From a virus (Duplodnaviria; Caudoviricetes): a stretch of 64,000 nt of DNA. The DNA is taken from positions 26,330 to 90,329 of IMG/VR virus record IMGVR_UViG_3300017780_003084; one strand, 5' to 3'. The notes beneath the pieces were generated by a model. That model searched no databases. It was not told where the DNA came from and was given only the letters and a program-made list of their open reading frames with translations. Positions 12,529 to 21,492 of this stretch are shown piece after piece. The translations under genes were made by a program, and so were the position numbers. Within the stretch, counting starts at the first letter, position 1. Each line of letters opens with the position of its first letter.

Positions 12529-12735
12529 GATAATTCTCCTTAGTTAACAATGTTGAATGCATTTAAAATCAACAAGGTAGCTAATACTAGAGGGCAAAAC
12601 TTGAACAACATTTTATTTAGAAATCCTCTACCAACTGAGCAACTTATCCATAGTAGGTATACTGCTACGATAATTTGAACGATGAATGTGAAAGTTGTGT
12701 ACATTTAATTCTCCTGTGTTGTTGAATGTGTAGCC

Positions 12736-12887
12736 ATTATTACGTATTTAAAATAGGTTGTCAAGGGATTTGTTGAAATAATTTTGTCAGGAAAACGTAA
12801 CACAAATTTGCACGGTAACACAAACTCTGTTACTGAGCAAAATAATGTTACAATCAGCTTGACATACGAAATTAGATGAGATATTAT
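12736..12887. promoter_or_regulatory. Divergent sigma70-type promoters
   Basis: Minus strand TTGACA at 12764-12759 with an AT-rich -10; plus strand TTGACA(12859)-17 bp-TATTAT(12882-12887); transcription direction switches here. Confidence 0.7.
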
Positions 12888-12921
12888 TCTCACATTCGCT
12901 AACAAACACAAGGAGAAAATC

Positions 12922-13152
12922 ATGGAATTAATTATTGGTGGAAAATACAATTGGAAGCATCAACCTGAACGTTTAGTTTACTTAGGTCGTAACTGGAGCG
13001 GCAATGGTTATTGGCATCAGTTTGCTTTGGTAGATAAACCAGAGATAATATGGTGTGAAGTAGTGACAGATGATTTACGTATGTTCGAAGAAACTATTAA
13101 GCCTAATCTTACACGTAACCAAGCTAAAAAACTGAGAAGGAAATCAAAATGA
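12922..13152 (+). CDS. Hypothetical protein
   Basis: First ORF after the rightward promoter, AGGAG SD. Confidence 0.7.
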   Translation: MELIIGGKYNWKHQPERLVYLGRNWSGNGYWHQFALVDKPEIIWCEVVTDDLRMFEETIKPNLTRNQAKKLRRKSK

Positions 13153-13817
13153 AACTATTATACACAATACTCTTAACACTTTCCCTCTCAGCTTGTGGAG
13201 GAGGGAATTACGAAGAAGAATGCCCTGAGAAATTGCAATACACAACAGCTGTGTCAGCTCCTCCAGCAGCTCCATTGAAAATTGTCACAATAGGTGACTC
13301 TGAGACAGCAGGAGCTGTAAGCACTCCAACAGGATTTGTAAACATTCCAGAGGCTTCCTATCCTGCTCGTTTACAAGGATTGTTAGGCAGCAAAGCTGTT
13401 GTAACCAACTTAGGAGCTAACAGTGAGAACCTAGTTGAAGTTTGGGGAAATCAGTTCTTTGAGGCTGTTAAATTGCAGCCTGATATCCTAATTGTCTCTA
13501 CAACATTAAATGATGCTGGTGATAGTTTGGACATGGAACTGATACGTGTTATTTACAGCCTAATGCACATATACTACCTACCTAATACTCGTATCATTGT
13601 ATTGACACCGCTGAAGGCACATGTTAGTATCTCACCTACTGTGCTTCAAGGTTATACAAACAATCTCTACAGCATAAATGTGCCTAATGTAGAATTGTTC
13701 GATGTAGGTGCTTATGACACACCAGATTGGTATTGTGGACACGAGGACTTCCATCCTTGTGAATATGGGTATAGAGAGATGGCACGTTATGTAGCACAAT
13801 ATTTAAACATTAATTAA
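13149..13817 (+). CDS. SGNH/GDSL hydrolase lipoprotein
   Basis: Lipobox LSAC after a hydrophobic signal; SGNH blocks IGDS, NLGANS, TTLND and DFHP. Confidence 0.8.
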   Translation: MKLLYTILLTLSLSACGGGNYEEECPEKLQYTTAVSAPPAAPLKIVTIGDSETAGAVSTPTGFVNIPEASYPARLQGLLGSKAVVTNLGANSENLVEVWGNQFFEAVKLQPDILIVSTTLNDAGDSLDMELIRVIYSLMHIYYLPNTRIIVLTPLKAHVSISPTVLQGYTNNLYSINVPNVELFDVGAYDTPDWYCGHEDFHPCEYGYREMARYVAQYLNIN

Positions 13818-13828
13818 AGGAGAATAGA

Positions 13829-15208
13829 ATGACAAAAGTATTTAAAGCAGGTGATAAAGTGATTCGTACAGAATCATTTAATGTAGGAGGTGATTTTGGA
13901 TTTATGCAAAAAGGTAGAGAGTATGTTGTGAAATCAATGCCCTCACAATTGTTATTAGAAGTAGAAGGTTGTGGAATGCGCTATGACATTAGATGTTTTG
14001 AACTTGTACAGCCAGCATTCAAAGCCATGAAGTTTAGAGTGTATTCTCCAGAGCAGTCTAAAGAGATTCAGGAAGCTTTGTTTTCTATGGGATATGCTTG
14101 GGCTGCTAAAAACCAGCAAGTGATATATCTAGGTTCAAAGTGGTTAACTTCTTGGGATGATGGAAGTTTAGGTGTAGATGAACATGCATTCAATCTTAAC
14201 ACAGGTGAAGAACATACACTCAAGACTACAAAATCTTACGAGTTCACTCCTGTTACTCATGCAGTTATTGAAGAAACCACTGAAGAAACCATTGAGCTAA
14301 TGGGGCAGAAGTATTCTAAGAAAGAATTGGAAAATGCTTTGAGAGGGTTGAAGCCAATTGAATAGGAATTTTCAATTATTTTGAGATTCGTTGAACTTTT
14401 TCAAAGTCATTTGACCTAGGAAAATACGAATTGTCTTGGAAAATGTAATTTGAATAACACAAATGTGTAGGATATTGCGCTTTATAGCATAAATGCATCA
14501 TAATGTGCTAAATGTTACACATTTGCATCCAATGTATAGGAGGAAATATGGAGAAGATGTATTACAAAGATAGGGAGATTTTGCTAGTGGAGTGTGAAGA
14601 AGGTGTTTCACTGTGTAATGGCTGCGTGCTGGAGGATGAAAATCACTACACTAAAGCTATTAGCCCACAACAAAGTGTTAATGTATGCTGTCCTAAGTAT
14701 ACAGGGAAGTTTTATATATTTAAATTTAAAGGAGAAGAATTATGAAAGTTGTACGTAAAAAAGTTGAACCAGTGTTTATCCCAATCACCATCACATTAGA
14801 AACTAAGGCAGAGTATTACAGCTTGTTAGCTACTCTCGGCAGCAGTCATTTCAAGGGAGAGTTGCAAGAGCTTGATAACATGGGTATTACTGTTACTCCT
14901 GAGTATGAAAGCCCTTCTGATAATTTGCATGTAATGCTGCAAAACTTATTCAACGAAATACGAGGGGAAATAATATGACTATTAAAGTGACACAAGAAGA
15001 AGCTAAGTTTTGTCCAGTGACAATCGTTATCGATGATGGGCGTACAGCTAATTTATTGAAGCACTGTATTGGTATTTGTCTAAATACCTTTGATGCCTCA
15101 GATGTTAAAGGTATTGTATGCACAATCGAGACTCAACAAGATTATGATGAAAGCAGAAATGAATTGAAGTCATTAAAACTTGGGTTAGAAGACATCTGTA
15201 AACTATAA
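13829..15208 (+). other. Hypothetical ORFs (13829-14365, 14512-14745, 14742-14978, 14975-15208)
   Basis: Co-oriented with SD sites; the last two share an N-terminal F-x-P-(I/V)-T-I-x-(L/I) pattern. Confidence 0.7.
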
Positions 15209-15213
15209 ACAAC

Positions 15214-15251
15214 AAGCCCTGTCATTCCTTTCGGAAGCAGGGCTTTCTCTT
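15214..15251 (+). terminator. Rho-independent terminator
   Basis: AAGCCCTG...CAGGGCTT stem followed by a T-rich tail. Confidence 0.75.
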
Positions 15252-15986
15252 GTGTGCTATATGACTTTCTAAAATAATTTCAAATAAAAATATTTATAAA
15301 AAATTTTAAGGCCAACCTTCGCAGTATAATAATCATTCTCCCTCCCCATGAATTCCTCGTTTTCAACCAGCTTTGTCAAGGATGCTTTACATCAACATAT
15401 AGCTATATAACTATTTACGCATAGATGCAAATACGTATATAAGCATGTAAAGCACGTTTGACTTTTCTTGTAATTGCGCTGGCAAGCTTAGAACGATCAC
15501 AGAATGCCGTGTATGCTTGCGAGGACGTGCTAGAATCGTTTTAAAACACTAGGTAGGATACTTACTAACCTAACGCATTTAAACAGCTCAAAGAGGCTTA
15601 AAACACGTATTAGACCATAACGCGCAATATCGGATTAATAGCGCAATTCCAAGGAAGGCGAAACGAGGCATAAGCTAGCTTCTGAATAAGATAATAAGCT
15701 TATGAGTGCAATCAAGAAACCGATTGCGAAGGGAAATACTTTGATGCTGTAACAGGCTAAAGCTTTCTAGTTTTAGTCCGTTACAGAATTATTTATTCAA
15801 TTGCTGAAAAGATAGATTGGACTGTATCAACTCGCACCAATTCACCAAATCCGTCATCAACAAAGAAAATTGCAGCTTTAGATGTAGAGTAAATTCCACA
15901 TTTAAGTCTCGTGTATCTTGTTGTTTTATTCCAAGAATGTAAAAACATAATGTTTCCTTAAAGTAATTAAGATAATACCGCAAACA

Positions 15987-16111
15987 AATCATCTCATGTT
16001 TTCTTAAATACTGTCAATCGAATTTTAAGCAACGCATAAAACAACAGTATAAAACTATTTTCATTTATTATTAAAAATCGCTTGCACAAAATAATAATTT
16101 CATGAGATGAT
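15987..16111. promoter_or_regulatory. Divergent pair of early-class promoters
   Basis: Minus: TTGACA-18 bp-GATGAT (16017-15988). Plus: TTGCAC-18 bp-GATGAT (16082-16111). Both contain CATGAGATGATT. Confidence 0.75.
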
Positions 16112-17212
16112 TCTTCCACTGCAGCGAATAACTAAGGGCATAACGCAAGTTTGTAAGTCCACACAATAGTTGTTGTGATTTGCGAGAGGTTGAAAACCTC
16201 GGGGAAAACTTCGAGGGTGCCATTAATCCCTTACATAATGGACAGAGAATTGGCGGGGATTCTCAAGTAGTTTTAAATAGCACTAAACAAGGTTTTACGA
16301 AACTTTGGACAGAGTGATAAAATAGATGCAGCATGTGGGGAACTGGTAAAATCACGTTAAAATCCTATCTATTTTATTATGATGTTGTGTGCTAGAATGT
16401 TTAAATCAATTAAGGAAATATTATGTTCGAGACTGATATGCTGGAAAATATGCAAGCTATGAAAGGCACAAAATGAGTGATTTTTCAACACACCAAGCTA
16501 GTTATATTTTGTTTGTTGTATTTTTTGTTTTGGTTCCTCTCTTAAATTTTATTGAAAGTTATTTATGAATATTAGGCATAAAACAATGCGGTTATGGAAT
16601 TCTGGATTTTCTGAGTTAGAAATTATCAATCGTGGTGGATGTCAAACTATTTATAATGAATTATTTGCTACTTATGGATGTAAATCTATCCCGTTACATG
16701 TATTACATGGGCTAAAAAGGACTGAAAGTTATAGTTGCAATTTTCACAATCCACCAGAAGCTTTGCAATTACGTGAAATTATTTCAAAACATAATGAAAG
16801 TATTTAATATGAAAAATCGTAGATTATCAGGTAGGGAATTTTGCAGTCAATTGGATAGTTTATTCAGTGTAGCTAAATCGTGCAAATACGATGCGCAAGT
16901 AGTGCATGAAAGATTTGCAAGCATGTTGCAAGAATTAAAAACAAGAACTCCTAGCGGGAAACCACGATATGCATATTACTTAAGGCAATATGTCATTGGG
17001 TATCATGATGCTTTACACTCTCACATGTGGCAGAATGAGCTAGAATTCTGTTATGTTTATAACGGTGAATTGTATTCGACACATAAAGTCAGTAATCATA
17101 AAAATGCAGAATTGTTATTTTTGAATAGAGAAAATTCTAGTGCATTCATGGATAGTTTAGAACGTGGACACTACTGGAAAAATTCAAACAAACTATTTGC
17201 TTAAAAATTAAA

Positions 17213-17242
17213 TTGACAGAGTAGAATAAACTCTGAGATAAT
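17213..17242 (+). promoter_or_regulatory. Early-class promoter
   Basis: TTGACA-18 bp-GATAAT preceded by TGA. Confidence 0.75.
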
Positions 17243-19057
17243 TCGTTCTGTCTTAAACGACACAATTTTAAACACATTGAAAGAAATTATGAAAAATATC
17301 ACTTACATGCAAACAGAATCAGGACGCATTTTCACAACTTCTAGCCCACAGTATCACAAGCAAGATAAAAAGCTTACTAAAAAAGAAGGTGAACAGCTTT
17401 ACAAAGAACAATGCAGAAATGAATTATTATCACTGGTAAAACCTAATGATAAAGTATATGTTAATGTGGTTTCTGTGTCATCATCTGGCATGTCTAGAAA
17501 AATGAGTTTTCACATTATCAAAGACAATGAACTGCGTAGTATTAGTTATCTTGTTTCTGTTGTAGCTGGGTATAATACCGATAATAATTACAATCTTAAG
17601 GTGTCTGGGTGTGGTATGGACATGGGATTTAGTGTCGTTTATAATCTTGGGCGTTGCTTATGGCGTGATGGCACACCTGAATCACATGGCACTAGAAACG
17701 GTGTCGCTGACTTTGATGGCGGGTATGCTTTGAAATATTCTTACATTTAAGGTTATTTATGTCTTACACTAAATTAAAATCGCTTAATATAAATTGGGTA
17801 GATAAAATTGATGGCTTAACAGTTGCTAATGCTGTCGAATATCTTAAAACCCTAGATCAAGGCATGCGCTTGTACTGTTATCTTGATGGCGATACACATG
17901 GCTGCGATTTAGTATCTAGACTTATCTATGATGTGCCTATGACTAATAAAGAAATTCTGGTGCAATTGCGAGAAAAGCACGATAGGAATATAAAGCTTTA
18001 TCAAGATGCAATTGCCAGATATAAGGCTAGAAACGAACAACCGGAACGAATCTTGCAATGTGAAAAGCTTATTGCTGAACATCAAAACAAGCTTGATGAA
18101 TTGATTTTAAAATACTTGAAAGACTAACAACATGATACAATTTACAATCAATTACAATCCCAGTGCCCTAGCAAAGTGGAAAGCTGTAGACAGCTCCGGC
18201 ACAGTCTGGAAAAGCCACATTTACAAGCGTGGTATTATTGACTGGATTAGTGCGCAATGTGGCACGGCTCCGACGAAGCAATTTTAATTTAAGAGAGAAT
18301 AAAATGTTATTAGCAAAATTACAAATAGTTTTTAGTGAATTAGATCATTATGAAAATGGCTGTACAGGTCAACATTTCACAGGTCATTGGGATTTATCTT
18401 TTAATGCAGAGAATGAGCAAGTATTGATTGAAAAGATGACAGCCTATTTTCTATGCACTAGTGATTATTTCCAGTTCAATGCTTGTGATGAAGTAGGACG
18501 TACAGATATTCAACTGCAGACGGTAAATAAGTTTGACGAATTTCCGATGAATAAAGGAAATTTAGAACGCTTTAAAGATGGCAAGATAGAAGCATACCTG
18601 ACTACTTTTAGTTTTCAAGTTTACGAACAAAAACCATTTAATCTAATAACTAAGGACAGCTAACATGCAAACAAATTACAACACAATCAAAACAATGCGC
18701 AAGCCAAGCAAGCTGGAAACAAACGAGAAGCAAGTACAACAGGCTTACAAGGGGAAAACGTGGAAGCGTGACACAAGCAAGCGCAATTATGAGTTTAACG
18801 GGTTACAAGGGGTTTAAAATGAGTTTATTAAACAAGGTATACTGCAAGCGGTTTGCGCATTACTACAATCTAAAGCTAGATGTCTGTAAAGTATCTAAGA
18901 CAGTTACAATATCAAACAATGATTTCGTAGACGTGTTTAATAACTTCGACGAATTGCGGGATTTTTTCGATAAGCAACGCAATTTAATCACGCTTGGTAA
19001 AATTCCAAAGTGGTCTAAATACTGCGAAAATGAATTTAAAAGTATTTTTAAATAAGC

Positions 19058-19087
19058 TTGACACAATCTTTTAATTCATGAGATGAT
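19058..19087 (+). promoter_or_regulatory. Early-class promoter
   Basis: TTGACA-18 bp-GATGAT, again containing CATGAGATGATTCT. Confidence 0.75.
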
Positions 19088-19848
19088 TCTTTTAACGCAA
19101 ATTTGCGCATAATTAAATAGGGGTTAAAAATGGAATTATTCTTTGCTGTCTTTCTTGTCACAACATTTTCTTGTATCATCATCTCTGCGTTATTTGGAAT
19201 CGTTCTTAAAAGTAGTAATAAACGGAGTAATTACGCATTAGACGATGCAGTAGAAATGTTACAATTGTTTAGCCCATTTATTGGCTTGTTAGTTGGATTA
19301 ATTGCAGCTATTTGTAAATAATTTGCACAGAATCGAAAGCCTAGATTTTACACTAGGCTTCTTTCAAACATTACTAGGTATATTATGTCCTACGCTATTC
19401 CATATAAAGGTTTGACACGTTTTTTCAACTCCGAGCAAGATGCTGTCACATTTTGTAAGCTTGCTATGATTAAAACGGATGTTATCATTAAGGCGCAGTT
19501 ATCATGAAATTCTGTCCAATATTGAAACAGCAGTTTGATTATGCTTTTAACTCAATTGCTAACTTAGATTACTCTAGGTGTCTGGGAACAATACGTATTC
19601 GAGACCTCGAAAAGAGTGAAATATTCCTACATGGACAAGATGCTCATGATTTGTTAGATTTAGCTTATGATATGTCAGAAAATCGTTTCATAGAGGAAAC
19701 ATTCGAAGACTGTCTCATTCTTTGCTTATATTCACACGTTGACTTGTTAGGGAATTAAATTATGTTTGCTTTTTATAACTCATCACTAGGTATGATTAAA
19801 ATTTACAATCATGGCACAGACTGGCAACTAGTTTTCAAAGATGGTGGA

Positions 19849-19890
19849 GAACGTTGGTTTTCTATTTGGGAACGTTGGTTTTCTATTTGG
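19849..19890 (+). repeat. Perfect 21-nt in-frame tandem duplication (ERWFSIW x2)
   Basis: GAACGTTGGTTTTCTATTTGG at 19849-19869 and 19870-19890. Confidence 0.95.
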
Positions 19891-20430
19891 AAACATTCAA
19901 TAATGGACAGCTTAGAACGTGCAATTTATTCTGTTGATGATAGTTTTGTCCCTGATTTACTAGTTATTTGCGAGGTTTAAAATGTTTGAATTTGATATGC
20001 TGGCAAACATGGAAGAAATGAAGGGAAAATGATGAAAACACCTATAATTAACCATAAAGAATTATGCAGATTACTCGCACCCATCGACTGGGCTTATACA
20101 GGCTTTGATGACGGATTCTATTGTTTCCAAACTGGGAACTATTCGACAGGCTTCAAAGAAATGAAGTGTAAGCAGGAAGACTTAAATAAAGCTAACTTAA
20201 CTTTGATGGTTAAGCTTAATATGACGAGGGTGTGATTATGACAAACGAACGACTTTACACAATCCACTACAAGACAAAGGATAGAGTAGTAGATGCAGGA
20301 TTTGAGCCTATGACATTCAAGGAGGCTTTAATTGTGCGTCTTAAGTGCATTAGCTGGGGAATGCATCGAAAGCATAGGAGTGTAGAGATAAGGCGAATAA
20401 GCTAAGACAGATCAATTACAAGCAGCATGC

Positions 20431-20460
20431 AAAGCCTATCGAGTGATAGGCTTTTGTTTT
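20431..20460 (+). terminator. Rho-independent terminator closing the early block
   Basis: AAAGCCTATC-GAGT-GATAGGCTTT followed by TGTTTT. Confidence 0.85.
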
Positions 20461-20611
20461 ATGTGCTGTCACTTGGTAAGCGTTGATTGTTATATCATGG
20501 ACAAGGTAGATAACATGTGTGTGTGGTAGTGTCTTACACAGTGTCTTACATGGGCGTTATCGGTGTCATGCTGATACCATGTAGAGGTAAGGGTTATCCG
20601 ATAGCTTATAG

Positions 20612-20652
20612 TTATCCACATAGTTTGTATGTTATCCACAGGGTTATCCACA
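20612..20652 (+). promoter_or_regulatory. Cluster of three perfect DnaA boxes
   Basis: TTATCCACA at 20612-20620, 20632-20640 and 20644-20652, same orientation, in a non-coding gap. Confidence 0.8.
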
Positions 20653-21403
20653 GGTTAGGGTCAATCGCAACCTTTGCAGCTAGTAAGGGGGAAAGTGGTC
20701 TGACCAATTCAAAGTGGTACTACCAATTGATAAACTTCAAAACAATAACATTTACACAACACATACACTTATCATCTTGATAAGCTTGCCAAATACATCA
20801 CATCTACACTCGATTAGATCATATCATCGCAGTACCTTAGCCAGTCAATCTATCATAGCATCACTCTAACATCGCTCACAATACCGATTGTAAGCCATTG
20901 GAGGTATGCACAAGGCACGTTCTTGGGCTGTCCTATACGTCACTATATCCAATGATTTAAACGTCTGTAATCGCTTGCATTGCGACACCTAAACAGGTGG
21001 TTAGTTCCTATCCATGCGGGTTTCGATGATGTGGTAGATATTTTACAACTGTTCCACGGTATGTTCCACGAGGCTAGCGCCCTGTTAAACAACACTTGTG
21101 CCTCTGACCATTTTCAGACATCACTCCCTCACAGATATATTCCCACACAGCTCAAATATCCCTGCCAATAAATGTCACTTCCTGAAAAATTTTTATAGAA
21201 AATTTGACGTTTGAAACACTTCCAAGACACTCTTTACAGATATTTTCTGTACAGAATGCTAATAATTGTGTCTCGAACACAACAATAATTTACAATTTTT
21301 AATTTTCAGCGTATTGGGAAGAATTTCAGGAAGTATAGATAGCGATATCAATATGATTTAATATGCTTTAGGGAAGCGTCTTATAGTGGGAATTAGACGT
21401 AAT

Positions 21404-21461
21404 AAAACGATTTAAACGCTCATCCCATAGAAACATACTAGGACGACGTTTAAATCGTTTT
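21404..21461. repeat. Perfect 15-bp inverted repeat with 28-nt spacer
   Basis: AAAACGATTTAAACG (21404-21418) and CGTTTAAATCGTTTT (21447-21461). Confidence 0.9.
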
Positions 21462-21492
21462 GAGGGTGCTTTTGCTAGGATAAGAAGACTGA

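Larger units (their letters stand above)
16423..20405 (+). other. Early-type gene block: small hypothetical ORFs (16423-16476, 16565-16807, 16773-17204, 17277-17750, 17759-18127, 18229-18663, 18768-19055, 19130-19321, 19504-19758, 19762-19980, 19982-20032, 20029-20235, about 20238-20405)
   Basis: All on the plus strand, AT-rich with weak SDs, driven by repeated promoters; 17277-17750 carries the SSGMSR...GCGMDMGF pattern I recognise from phage early proteins of unknown function. Confidence 0.7.

Noticed and set aside
20517-21171. ORFs 20517-20780 and 20980-21171
   Set aside because: They follow a strong terminator, have GTG/TTG starts without SD, and overlap the DnaA-box and repeat region; likely non-coding.
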